Of a stretch of 41,845 nt of DNA, positions 16,562 to 25,349 are shown in pieces; position 1 is the stretch's first letter, and each line of letters opens with the position of its first letter. Source of the DNA: a virus (Duplodnaviria; Caudoviricetes); the IMG/VR virus record IMGVR_UViG_3300031576_000135, positions 1-41,845 of that record. One strand, 5' to 3'. The notes beneath the pieces are model-generated. The model was given only the letters and a program-made list of their open reading frames with translations. It was not told the origin of the DNA and did not search any database. The position numbers and the translations under genes were made by a program.

Positions 16562-17375
16562 GGGCTTCCGTTTCGGCCGGAGAGGTGGCCGCCGAGGGGA
16601 TAATCGGGCCGCTGACCGGCGGCTCGGGCGGGGGTGTTGGCAAGCGGAAGATCGCCTCACCCGCGCGCGCCGTGTGCGTGGATAGTTCGACGTCCATATA
16701 GACCTTCAGGCCGATTGCGCGCGCCTGGTCGCAAAAGCCGATCCACTCCGGGACTATCGCTGGCATGACGCCGTACTCGATGTCTTCCTCGACCACGCCG
16801 GCCCGGAAGTACGGGCGTTTGAGCGCGCCCAGCACAGAGGCTTTCACGAGCATGCAGCCTGGCGGGATCGCGCGCACTTCGGCTACGGGTTCGCCCTCTT
16901 GGATCGGCTGATCGTCGAGCGGTGCCACGATCAGGCCCTGCTCCGCGCTCGCGCGCATGTAGGCCGCACCGACCACGTCGCGCTGCCGACTGAGCAGCTG
17001 GCGGAGCGCAAACTGCGGGAGGACGATGTCGGGTGAGACGAAGAAGTAATAGTCCACGTTCAAGGGGCGCGCCGCCTCGATCGCGTTGTTGTAGCCCATG
17101 GAGAGATTGCCCAGACCCGGCTCCACCTTGTGGCCCACGAGCGCGATCAGGGCCCCGGGATTAAAGCAAAGCGAGGCGAAGGACAAGGCGAAGTCGGCGT
17201 GCACCATCGCGCCCTGGGAGACCAGCACCACGGCCACGCGGTAGGGATTACCGGCATTCAATTCCTGGCCATCGGGGCCCACGATACCGCCCAGTTTCCG
17301 CTGGCCGAGTCCGGCGCGAAAGGCTGAGCGCACGATCGCGTTCCGGTCGCCGTTTAGTCTGGCGGGGCCGTTCAC
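16542..17375 (-). CDS. Glycosyltransferase family 2-like (GT-A fold) protein with degenerate motifs
   Basis: YYFFVSPDIVLP, RDVVGAAY, PPGCMLVKASV, RPYF, EWIGFCDQARAIGLKVYMD. Confidence 0.65.
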   Translation of the reverse strand: MNGPARLNGDRNAIVRSAFRAGLGQRKLGGIVGPDGQELNAGNPYRVAVVLVSQGAMVHADFALSFASLCFNPGALIALVGHKVEPGLGNLSMGYNNAIEAARPLNVDYYFFVSPDIVLPQFALRQLLSRQRDVVGAAYMRASAEQGLIVAPLDDQPIQEGEPVAEVRAIPPGCMLVKASVLGALKRPYFRAGVVEEDIEYGVMPAIVPEWIGFCDQARAIGLKVYMDVELSTHTARAGEAIFRLPTPPPEPPVSGPIIPSAATSPAETEAHERASA

Positions 17376-17602
17376 GAGAGAAGCTCCAGCAAGATCTCCT
17401 GGACCTGGCAGTGCGAGATCGCGTTCGGGGTAAAGGTTTCCATGAATCGCTGGGCGTCGATCTTACGGCAAAACGTCAGCGCCTGCGTTTGATCCGTCGT
17501 CCACCAGAGACCGGGCTGCGGCGCCCCCTTCGGATCAAGGGTCGGGTAGAGCGCTAGCCCCTCGTCGAACCTTTGCAGGGTATAGCCGTGCTCGGGGCTC
17601 AT
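17372..17602 (-). CDS. Hypothetical protein
   Basis: 76 aa, tightly packed in the operon. Confidence 0.55.
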   Translation of the reverse strand: MSPEHGYTLQRFDEGLALYPTLDPKGAPQPGLWWTTDQTQALTFCRKIDAQRFMETFTPNAISHCQVQEILLELLS

Positions 17603-17606
17603 CGGG

Positions 17607-17798
17607 TCAGGCTTTGGCCATGTCTGGGTAGAGGATCTGGGCCACGCTCCTGCCCTTCAACTTCGCTTGGTGCTCGGCGGTCTGGGTGGTTGAATCCTGC
17701 GGGCCCGTGGGCACCCTCTGCAGGTTGCCGCTCGCGGCGGCGCCTTTCGTGTGCGGGCCTTTGGGCGATACCGTCGTCTTGGGGTTCGCGTGCAGCAT
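17607..17798 (-). CDS. Small basic protein ending in AQILYP
   Basis: AAAGGAG RBS; 63 aa. Confidence 0.7.
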   Translation of the reverse strand: MLHANPKTTVSPKGPHTKGAAASGNLQRVPTGPQDSTTQTAEHQAKLKGRSVAQILYPDMAKA

Positions 17799-17819
17799 GT
17801 CGATCTCCTTTGTTCGTGG

Positions 17820-18086
17820 CTAGACCGAGTATCCCACAATGTCCTTCGCCTGGAACACCTCCGGGGCGTAGATCAAGTTGAGGTGCGCGACCAGCGCATC
17901 GCGCAGCTCGTCGCGCAGTTGGGTGTCGTTGGTGAGTCCGGCCACGGTGAAGGACTTCTTGCCGGAACGCTGCGGGGGGAAGAGATGCAGGAATTCCACC
18001 ATGATCTCGACCCCGCCATCTGGTGTCGTTCCTTTGCGCTCGTGCGTGAATATCCGTGCATAGACCTTTGCCTGGTGCTGGGGCAT
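17820..18086 (-). CDS. Hypothetical protein
   Basis: AGGAG RBS; 88 aa. Confidence 0.7.
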   Translation of the reverse strand: MPQHQAKVYARIFTHERKGTTPDGGVEIMVEFLHLFPPQRSGKKSFTVAGLTNDTQLRDELRDALVAHLNLIYAPEVFQAKDIVGYSV

Positions 18087-18095
18087 CTGGGACTC

Positions 18096-18365
18096 CTAGA
18101 ATTTGCAGCCGAGAACATCGGCCGCGGTGAATACGACACCAGGCACGGCCGCCAAGTCCGTGACGAAGGCCGACAATTGCTCTCGCAGATTGGCCTCTAT
18201 CTCGGTGTCCGTCATCGTCGGGATCTCGATCGGGAAGATATTCTCTCCCGCGCTCGCGCCCCCGACTGGCGCGCTTAATCGCCAGTTGATGATGATGTTG
18301 GTGAGTTCTGGGGTGTCGCCACCGCCTTGGCCGATGATCCGCGCTGATATTTTTTCGTTCGCCAT
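18096..18365 (-). CDS. Hypothetical protein
   Basis: AAGGAGG RBS; 89 aa. Confidence 0.7.
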   Translation of the reverse strand: MANEKISARIIGQGGGDTPELTNIIINWRLSAPVGGASAGENIFPIEIPTMTDTEIEANLREQLSAFVTDLAAVPGVVFTAADVLGCKF

Positions 18366-18377
18366 GATGCCTCCTTG

Positions 18378-19871
18378 TCAATCCCAGTACCCAGACACGC
18401 CGATCACGCCGTCGAATACGCCGGCGGTGATCGCGGTCAGGGACAGGATGCGAATGCCGATGTGGAAAAAATCGCCCGGATTCACAACGATGGGCGTGGC
18501 AAGACTAATACTCGAGGCCCCGGAGCGCGCGACCGCCGTGCTCACCGCTTGCGCCGCCGTCGCCACATCCAGGATCGGCAGCGGCGTCATGCGCGGAGAT
18601 TTGGTGCCGATCGTAGTGCCGCCCACGGCGTCCGCCGTGGCGAGGGATAGCGCCGTCGAACCAGCCGCCGCGAACCAGGCCCAGGCAGCTGGGCCGCCCA
18701 CGAGGGCGGTCGAAATCGTTAGGGGCGAGATTATGAGGTCCGTGATCACAAGGTTTCGCCCATCGCTCGCAGTGCCCGCCGCTTCCGGCAGCACCGGATT
18801 CTGGTACGAGCAGACTATGATGTTCGAGTGCGCGGCGACGTTGAAGGACGCGCCGTTCATGCGGTAGTACCCGCCCAGCCCCGTGATAACCGTCGCAACG
18901 TTCGAACCGGTGGCGCTTGTGGGCGCGGTGCCGGAGGCCTGGATCAGCGCGGTGTTGCCGGTCGTGCCGGTCAGGCCCTGCTGGCCTTGCGAGGAATGCC
19001 GCCCCATGAGCGCTTGGCGCGCAGCGAACGATTGATCTGCCTCGAAACCCAAGCGCTGTACTGACAGGCTACCGATGTCCAACGCTGGCGCCGAGGCTGG
19101 AGCCGTGGTGTGAAATTGCCGGATGATGATCGGGTAGCCGGAGGCCTTGACGATGTTCGCCGCATCGGGCTGGCGCACGATCTCGGCTTGGTAGACCCCA
19201 TTGACCCAGAATTCAACACCATACTGCGTAACCACCACCTCGTACTCCCGCCCCACTGCGTCCGAGTATGGCACCCCGCCGTTAATGTTCACGGTGAGCG
19301 AGGCGGGCGCCCCGCCCGTTGTGTATTCAAGAACTCCGATCAGGCCTCCGGCAGAGGTCCAGCGGAACCCCATGAATTCGTTCATCACTGCGGCTTGGTT
19401 CACCGCCACGTCGTAGTAGCCGAACCCAAACTCGAACACCTTGTTGGCGATCGCCCCGTTCGTCGTGCGGATGATCCCCTTCAAGCGCAGCGCCGAGCCG
19501 TCCTCGATCTGAAAAAGGCGCCAAGAGACGAACGAGATCCCGCTGTTGAGGGTGGTTACCAGCGCGCTATTCAGGCGCAGGAAGCCCGCAGTCAGCGCGC
19601 TCGTGAGGGTGGTGAGGTTCTGGTTGAACTGCGAATTGATAACCGTCGCGCCGTTCAGGTCCATCTTGAACATGAGGCGCGAGGTCGCCGCGTATATCTC
19701 GCCTTCGGCGGTGATCCGATTCTCTCTGGCGAGCGCCGCATCGCGCAGGTAGGCTTGGCGAAGGAGGCCCGCCTGGATCGCGGTGAGCGGGGCGTTAAAG
19801 CGCGCGTTGCCGCTCGCATCCTGCTGCAGTTCGCCAGCGACCCCAGTCAGTGCAATCTTTGCGCCAGCCAT
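18378..19871 (-). CDS. Beta-rich putative virion appendage/fibre protein (lectin-like central region)
   Basis: 497 aa, Gly/Ala/Thr-rich; EFGFG...YEVVVTQYGVEFWVNGV pattern. Confidence 0.55.
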   Translation of the reverse strand: MAGAKIALTGVAGELQQDASGNARFNAPLTAIQAGLLRQAYLRDAALARENRITAEGEIYAATSRLMFKMDLNGATVINSQFNQNLTTLTSALTAGFLRLNSALVTTLNSGISFVSWRLFQIEDGSALRLKGIIRTTNGAIANKVFEFGFGYYDVAVNQAAVMNEFMGFRWTSAGGLIGVLEYTTGGAPASLTVNINGGVPYSDAVGREYEVVVTQYGVEFWVNGVYQAEIVRQPDAANIVKASGYPIIIRQFHTTAPASAPALDIGSLSVQRLGFEADQSFAARQALMGRHSSQGQQGLTGTTGNTALIQASGTAPTSATGSNVATVITGLGGYYRMNGASFNVAAHSNIIVCSYQNPVLPEAAGTASDGRNLVITDLIISPLTISTALVGGPAAWAWFAAAGSTALSLATADAVGGTTIGTKSPRMTPLPILDVATAAQAVSTAVARSGASSISLATPIVVNPGDFFHIGIRILSLTAITAGVFDGVIGVSGYWD

Positions 19872-20291
19872 CTATACCCCCACGCACATCACATCGTATG
19901 CCCCGCGAGCTTCCGGCTCGCTGTAGACGGTTACGGTGAATCCGTTGCCCGCCACAATATCCGAAATCTCTACTTCGAGTTCGAGCAGGCGCATTTCGTC
20001 CGGGTCGGTGCCGGCTGGTGTGAGCACCTGCGGAACGATCTTCGAGTTAGCCGCCACCCACGCCTGGCCGCTCACGACGACCTGCGCCTTGTCGGTAAAG
20101 CCGGCGTCAAAGTTCACGGTCGCCGTGACCCCGTTGGCACCCCCGCCCCCGCCCCCGCTGACTGCGACAGTCGCGGTTGATCCACTGACTGTGACCGTGA
20201 CGCCAGACCCGGTGAAATCGAGGGCGCGGACATAGCCTTGGCTTACGCCCTCATCGAGCGCTTCCACGTTGTTGGCGGGTTTCGTTCCCAT
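19872..20291 (-). CDS. Putative fibre-associated virion protein
   Basis: DEGVSQGYVRALDFTGSGVTVT, poly-Gly hinge, VSGQAWVAANSKI. Confidence 0.6.
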   Translation of the reverse strand: MGTKPANNVEALDEGVSQGYVRALDFTGSGVTVTVSGSTATVAVSGGGGGGANGVTATVNFDAGFTDKAQVVVSGQAWVAANSKIVPQVLTPAGTDPDEMRLLELEVEISDIVAGNGFTVTVYSEPEARGAYDVMCVGV

Positions 20292-21121
20292 CAGCTGAAC
20301 TCTTGCACGCTCAGGCGCGCCGCGGCGGCGCTGGCGATCGCATTTACCGCGCCAAGGTCGAAATCGTACTCGTCCATCTCAAACACATCCTGCGGGTAGA
20401 GCGTGATTCCGTTATCCAGCACCGCAGCGCCGTTCATCGACAGGCTGACTCGTTGCCCGCCGGTGGAGGTGTTCCGAAGATGCAGACCTTTCCTCACCGC
20501 ATTCGCTGCGACCGCGCTCGCGCTCGCCACACCCACGGTCGCTGTCGTCGGCACTGCTGGAGCGAGGTCGGTCTTCGTATTGACCGGGATCGCGGCCTGG
20601 TCCGATGCCAGGACGACCGGGGTTGAGGCCGCCATCGTCTTTTGGCCTTGCGTATTCACCCGCGCCTGGAACCCGGCCAACGTGAGCATCGTGGCAAGGG
20701 TGGCCTCGGTCGCGGCGCCGGCGATGGTCCCGAGATTGGCGGTGAGCACATCGGCCGCGGTGAGCGCCCGGATCTGGCGCGCGTCGTACAGTGTCGCGCC
20801 AGCAGCGAGTTCGATCACGGTGTTGAAGTTGGCCGCGCTTTGTTTGATCTGCTGGCCCTGGGACCCGTAAGTCACCCCAAGGAGGCGCCCTGCGCGGTCG
20901 GTCACGTCAGCGTTGAACGTGCCGACTCCAGTCGCCGAGGTGTTCAGGTTGCCGCTCGCGTCGACCGTGAGGGTCACTGGCATCAGGAGGCTTGGGCTCC
21001 AGGCGTAGCCCAGCACGTTCATCGCGCCCGCCTGGCCGGTCACGTACTGCGGGACGAGGGAATTGATATCGAGATAGAAGACCGGCTGGTGAGCGTAGTC
21101 CCTGAGCGGTTCGAGCGGCAT
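20291..21121 (-). CDS. Putative head fibre/decoration protein
   Basis: GQKTMAASTPVVLASDQ and AANAVRKGLHLRN motifs typical of beta-rich virion proteins. Confidence 0.55.
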   Translation of the reverse strand: MPLEPLRDYAHQPVFYLDINSLVPQYVTGQAGAMNVLGYAWSPSLLMPVTLTVDASGNLNTSATGVGTFNADVTDRAGRLLGVTYGSQGQQIKQSAANFNTVIELAAGATLYDARQIRALTAADVLTANLGTIAGAATEATLATMLTLAGFQARVNTQGQKTMAASTPVVLASDQAAIPVNTKTDLAPAVPTTATVGVASASAVAANAVRKGLHLRNTSTGGQRVSLSMNGAAVLDNGITLYPQDVFEMDEYDFDLGAVNAIASAAAARLSVQEFS

Positions 21122-21378
21122 CAGCGCACGCCTTCTGAGGAGGCCATCTTGATCTTCTCGATCGCCCGCGCGACGGCGGCGGCGACTTCGGCCACGAGGC
21201 TTGCCCGCGTCCAGATTTGGGTGGGGTGTTTCATCTCCGCAAGGACGCCTGCGACCAGGTCGTCGAGCGCGATTTCGAGGTGGATCCCCCCATCCGGGGC
21301 GATCTCCGGGTCGACGAAGACGGTCACCCGGATCCCCGGGTTATGCCAGTAATTCGAGATGACGACTTTGGAGCGCAT
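21121..21378 (-). CDS. Hypothetical protein
   Basis: 85 aa; its stop overlaps the next start. Confidence 0.65.
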   Translation of the reverse strand: MRSKVVISNYWHNPGIRVTVFVDPEIAPDGGIHLEIALDDLVAGVLAEMKHPTQIWTRASLVAEVAAAVARAIEKIKMASSEGVR

Positions 21379-21396
21379 GCTGATTCTGCCGGCCGG

Positions 21397-21693
21397 TCAG
21401 TGCGTGAGGAGGCGCATGCCTCCAGTGCTGCCTTCCACGTGCCTGGCTTCGATGAGCTCGATCTTGCCCGTATTCGGGTCGCATTTCAGGGGCGGCAGTA
21501 TAGGGTGCGCGACGATGATGTAGCCGGCGTGAAAGAGGATTGATGTCTGTCCGTCGTAACCCTCGGGCAGCTGGCAGACGAAGCGGCCGCCGCGCACCGC
21601 GGCACCGAGTAGGCCTGGCGCATCGACGCGCTCGACCAGCGCGACCCTGGCGCCACGCGGGAAGATCGGATTTTCCTCGAGGTCCGGGTCCAT
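21397..21693 (-). CDS. Hypothetical protein
   Basis: 98 aa, immediately after the portal gene. Confidence 0.6.
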   Translation of the reverse strand: MDPDLEENPIFPRGARVALVERVDAPGLLGAAVRGGRFVCQLPEGYDGQTSILFHAGYIIVAHPILPPLKCDPNTGKIELIEARHVEGSTGGMRLLTH

Positions 21694-21697
21694 CGCT

Positions 21698-23425
21698 TCA
21701 GCCCAGCATCATCTGCAAGGCGTTCTGGCCTCCGCCCACGTCGGTCTCGGAGAGGACCTTGCCGGCGCCGATCGTGCTTGCGGTTGCCTGGGCCATCATC
21801 TCGGCCTGTTTTTGCTCGGCCCTGGCGGCACGTATTTTCAAGACATCTGCGAAGGGCCGGACGGCTTTGGGCGATACGCCCAGGTAGTCGGCGTACTGCT
21901 GCACCATTTCGTCCCAGTCGGCATTGTCCATGGCCTCCGGCACTGCGGCGCCGACCCGGCCGACGAAGCTTGCGAACTGCTCGATCCCGGTTGTCATGGT
22001 GGCCTTCTGGGCCTGCGCGAGCATCGAGACATACTCGACCTTCACGTGCTGGCCGCGCAGTTCAGCAGGCGGGGTAGGGATCAAGCCCGCCCGCAGCATG
22101 CAGTTATAGACCCGGGTGAGGGCTGGATCGAGAGCCTCCACCCCGAAGCGCTCGATGACCGAGCCGATCTGGATCAGCTTCTCGCCTTTGCGCTCCATGA
22201 TCTCGAGCTCGTTCCTCGGCTGCACGCCCTCCATCTGGGCCCACATCTGGAACAGATCGTTGAAGAAGGTCACCTTGATCCGCTGCTGGACTTCCTGGAT
22301 GTCGGCGACCATGTGCTGCAGGTCTGGTTTCACTTCGTAAGCAGGCTTGAAACCCACGCCGTTGGCGACCTGCGGGACATAGGTCACACCACCTGGCAGC
22401 ACGCTCGCCGGCTCGTTCTTGAGCGCCACGTCAGCGATGAGGGGGGGATTCACCATCTTGTCGATTGCCTGGGCCTTGCGCTTTTGTTCCACCTGCAGCT
22501 GCTTGACATCGCCCAGCGCGTCCATTCCGGGTGATCGACCGTAGGCATCGTTGCCGACCACATCCCAGCGGGGGGCGACGAATGGGACCTCATGGTAGCC
22601 GCGCACGCGCAGGATCCGCTCCTTGGTGCTGCCGTATTCCCAGTAGACTTCCCGGTACATCATGCCCCCTAAGCCGGGGAGACCATCGACGTATCGGTCG
22701 TTGGGCTCGATCGCATGGCAGACGATGATCTCCCGCGATCGCCCGGCGCCGCCGGTCTTCACGGCCTGCTGCACGGTGGGCGAGCAGTTTTCCATGCCGA
22801 ATTGCTCCACCACCTGCATCGTGGTCTGCACGAACTCCCGGTAGAAAGTGTCGACATTGCCGCGCGCGCCGTTGGCGAGGTAGTACTCGCCCGCGCAGGT
22901 GTTGAAGCAGTTGATCACATTCTCGAAGTCCTCGTAGATCAGCATGGGGGCTGTGCCGAAGATCCCGAGATCGCCGTACATGGTAGCGAGCGTGTTGTAG
23001 AAATTCGACTCCGCCAGCACCGAGCGCATGCGCCTGGCGACTTCATCCAGCCAGGCCTTCACCGACCAGTATTCGGCAAGGTCCGCGTCGTCGATCATCA
23101 TCCGGAACCAGATCGAGGTGGGGCTCGTCATGCCGCTCAAGAGCCCCGCGGCGAGCACGCGGGCGGCGATAGTGCCGGTTGAATCGATGATGCGCTGATT
23201 GATGGGCGAGCCCCGGTTGCCCTGGTTTGGCGTGATCAGCCACTTGTAGCGGCGCGGCAGCAGGTAGTCGGCGAGCTCTCGCCAGTGCGTCCACCAGCTG
23301 TAGCGCTCGGTCCGCAGCCCGCCCAGCATGTTGTCGACGTGCTGGCGTAGCGCGATCAGTTGCTGCTGGGTCGGATCGGGCGCGCGCCGCGGGACGCGCT
23401 GCCTGGTTGCCGTCGCTTCAGGCAT
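21698..23425 (-). CDS. Portal protein (head-to-tail connector, BPP-1/T7 gp8-like)
   Basis: HWRELADYLLPRR, IIDSTGT, LAAGLLSGMTSP, SNFY, YGRSPGMDALGDVKQLQ, FFNDLF, EYVSMLAQAQK. Confidence 0.95.
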   Translation of the reverse strand: MPEATATRQRVPRRAPDPTQQQLIALRQHVDNMLGGLRTERYSWWTHWRELADYLLPRRYKWLITPNQGNRGSPINQRIIDSTGTIAARVLAAGLLSGMTSPTSIWFRMMIDDADLAEYWSVKAWLDEVARRMRSVLAESNFYNTLATMYGDLGIFGTAPMLIYEDFENVINCFNTCAGEYYLANGARGNVDTFYREFVQTTMQVVEQFGMENCSPTVQQAVKTGGAGRSREIIVCHAIEPNDRYVDGLPGLGGMMYREVYWEYGSTKERILRVRGYHEVPFVAPRWDVVGNDAYGRSPGMDALGDVKQLQVEQKRKAQAIDKMVNPPLIADVALKNEPASVLPGGVTYVPQVANGVGFKPAYEVKPDLQHMVADIQEVQQRIKVTFFNDLFQMWAQMEGVQPRNELEIMERKGEKLIQIGSVIERFGVEALDPALTRVYNCMLRAGLIPTPPAELRGQHVKVEYVSMLAQAQKATMTTGIEQFASFVGRVGAAVPEAMDNADWDEMVQQYADYLGVSPKAVRPFADVLKIRAARAEQKQAEMMAQATASTIGAGKVLSETDVGGGQNALQMMLG

Positions 23426-23783
23426 CCTGGTACTCGGGATAGAAGGGCAGCGGCACGCACTTCCCCGCGAGTTCGTGCGGTGAGTCGGCGCAATAATCGA
23501 TCATGCCGGCCCGAAGGAAGTAGTGACATGTGGTGATCTGCGGGCCGCTCGGCACCCATTCGGCACCCACCCATTGCCCGGCGGTCGTGTAGCACCGAAT
23601 GCTCGGGCTGAAGGTGGGCTGCTCGTGGTTGCCATCAAAGCTCCAGCGTGCTCCGGTATTGGGGTGTGGCTGCTCGACGTAGATTCCATGCGGTCCTTTG
23701 CAGCCCGGGCACCAGTGCAGCCATCCAACCGGCGCGTCGGCTTGGTCGACGATCCTCCGCCGGCGCCGCGGCCCCGGCGTCAC
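23418..23783 (-). CDS. Cys/His metal-binding protein (DUF6527-like)
   Basis: HWCPGCKGPH...WSFDGN...PTFSPSI...CHYFLRAGMIDYCADSPH. Confidence 0.7.
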   Translation of the reverse strand: MTPGPRRRRRIVDQADAPVGWLHWCPGCKGPHGIYVEQPHPNTGARWSFDGNHEQPTFSPSIRCYTTAGQWVGAEWVPSGPQITTCHYFLRAGMIDYCADSPHELAGKCVPLPFYPEYQDA

Positions 23784-23802
23784 CCGGTGTCACCCGGTGT
23801 CA
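23779..23802. repeat. Short tandem repeat (GTCACCCGGT, about 2.4 copies)
   Basis: gtcacccggtgtcacccggtgtca across a gene junction. Confidence 0.6.
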
Positions 23803-24099
23803 GGGTTGCGCGCTGGCGGCGAGCCTATCGGCCTCCGACGCGCCGTCATGGGGCGACAGTGCCGGATGCGCACGGACCTCCGCGAGCTCGACGCTCATCG
23901 CCTCGACTTTGACTTCGAGGTCGGCCAAGCGCGCGATGCTTTCGGGTGGCACGCCCGCTTCCGTTGAACCGATGTGCTCGAGCACCGTGATCGCGTAGGC
24001 TTTCTGCGCCTGGCGCAGGGCTTCGTTCGGGTCGACGTGTTCGTGCCAACGATCGTGTACGGCGAGGACTGCGAGTAGCGCTGCCTTGATTTTCTCCAT
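23800..24099 (-). CDS. Hypothetical protein
   Basis: AAGGAG RBS; 99 aa, helical. Confidence 0.7.
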   Translation of the reverse strand: MEKIKAALLAVLAVHDRWHEHVDPNEALRQAQKAYAITVLEHIGSTEAGVPPESIARLADLEVKVEAMSVELAEVRAHPALSPHDGASEADRLAASAQP

Positions 24100-24122
24100 C
24101 GTGCTTCTCCTTGGGTGGCTGA

Positions 24123-24371
24123 TTACTCGCCGAGCAGAGACTTCCTGGTCGTCGTCGCAGGCTCGATCAGGCCCTGCGGGGTGGTGGTGATGGTCTGGGC
24201 TGTGCCTTGCGCGGCTTGAGCTTTTTTCTTCGCCTGGGTGGCCGCCTGCTGGCCTTGCGGCGCGCTGGCAGTAGGGGGTGGTGCCGGCGGAGGCGGGGGA
24301 GGCGGGGGGATCGGCATCTCTGTCTCGCCGCCTCCGAAAATTTTACTGATACCTTTGACCAGTCCGCCCAT
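24123..24371 (-). CDS. Small Pro-rich protein of the type that precedes BPP-1/T7-like portal genes
   Basis: GGAGG RBS before MGGLVKG; poly-Pro; ends TITTTPQG...RKSLLGE. Confidence 0.75.
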   Translation of the reverse strand: MGGLVKGISKIFGGGETEMPIPPPPPPPPAPPPTASAPQGQQAATQAKKKAQAAQGTAQTITTTPQGLIEPATTTRKSLLGE

Positions 24372-24406
24372 CAGGGCCTCCGTTGCGCCGCGAGTGCCGA
24401 ACGCGC

Positions 24407-24435
24407 ATGGTAAGCGCAAAGTGCGCAGCGCACAA
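24407..24435 (-). promoter_or_regulatory. Putative sigma70-type promoter for the head operon
   Basis: TTGTGC-17nt-TACCAT; overlaps the inverted repeat GTGCGC-A-GCGCAC. Confidence 0.45.
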
Positions 24436-24436
24436 A

Positions 24437-24637
24437 TTAGGCGAGCGGATCGTAGTCGGACTTCACCCCGGCTGGCAGCCTCACCTCCATGCCGCAGATG
24501 CGCTCAGCGCCGGGTGAGCCCTCGCGCACCCCGCAACGCTCGCAGTACCTGCCAGGGCCCGCGCCCAGGCTCATTCCATCGACCATGCGATGGCGCGCGC
24601 GGTCCTCAACGTTGCCCGTGGATGGGGTCGTATTCAC
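24437..24637 (-). CDS. Small CxxC protein ending in a terminase-like SDYDPLA tail
   Basis: YCERCG; C-terminal GVKSDYDPLA; start uncertain. Confidence 0.45.
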   Translation of the reverse strand: MNTTPSTGNVEDRARHRMVDGMSLGAGPGRYCERCGVREGSPGAERICGMEVRLPAGVKSDYDPLA

Positions 24638-25349
24638 TCTGCACGCCTGGCTTGTGGCCCAGCTTCGTGAGGTAGTTCGGCATCAGGGTCATGAGCGGGA
24701 TCCCTGAGAGGATCAGGTAGCGTGTTGCGTCCATCAAGTGGTCGCCCTCTTTCACGACCGCCCCCTTTTTGTCCCGCCGGTAGATGCGGTACTCGCCCAG
24801 CCAGTGCTGCAGCGTGCGAAAGACCTTGAGGCGCCCGGTCGAGAGGCGCTGGTACACCTCATAAATACCAGCTTCGACTGCGTTCAGCGCTTCGTTTACG
24901 CGCAGACCTTGGTCCCGGTAGTCCTGCAAGAGGCGACTGCCGTCCTTCTGGCTTCGCCCGCGTGCGGCCGGGTCGATCACGCCCTGCAGCCATTCGCCGC
25001 GGGCCCTGATCCCTGCCGCGTGTACCGACGGCTCGGCCTGAGCCCGGGCATATTCACCGATGAGGTAGAGGACGTCGGTCTCCCGATCGTGCGCTGCAAA
25101 AATAGCGGCGGTCATGTTCCAGCCCACGTCCATGCCGTAGCCGCGCGGCCAATAAGCGGGCACATCGAAGGGCTCAACTAAGATCTCGGTTTCCCCGATC
25201 GGGTAGATGGCCCCCGAGCCCAGCTGTGGCACGCCTTTGGTGCGCGCGTCCCGTTGGTAGACCGGGTAGCTCGCGGCGAGCTCTTTTTTTTCTTTCGCGC
25301 CCAGGTGCGGGGCATCGTCCCAGGTGGCGCTGACGAGGTAACGGCTCAT
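24606..25349 (-). CDS. terL: Terminase large subunit, C-terminal part (end of ATPase region plus nuclease domain)
   Basis: TWDDAPHL, RDARTKGVPQLGSGAIY, GMDVGWN, NAVEAGI, YRRDKKG, DHLMDATRY; colinear with the C-terminal half of P22 gp2. Confidence 0.9.
   Translation of the reverse strand: MSRYLVSATWDDAPHLGAKEKKELAASYPVYQRDARTKGVPQLGSGAIYPIGETEILVEPFDVPAYWPRGYGMDVGWNMTAAIFAAHDRETDVLYLIGEYARAQAEPSVHAAGIRARGEWLQGVIDPAARGRSQKDGSRLLQDYRDQGLRVNEALNAVEAGIYEVYQRLSTGRLKVFRTLQHWLGEYRIYRRDKKGAVVKEGDHLMDATRYLILSGIPLMTLMPNYLTKLGHKPGVQSEYDPIHGQR

Noticed and set aside
21432-21445. Additional parS half-matches here and near 34346-34360
   Set aside because: Only one arm matches; expected by chance around CACGTG
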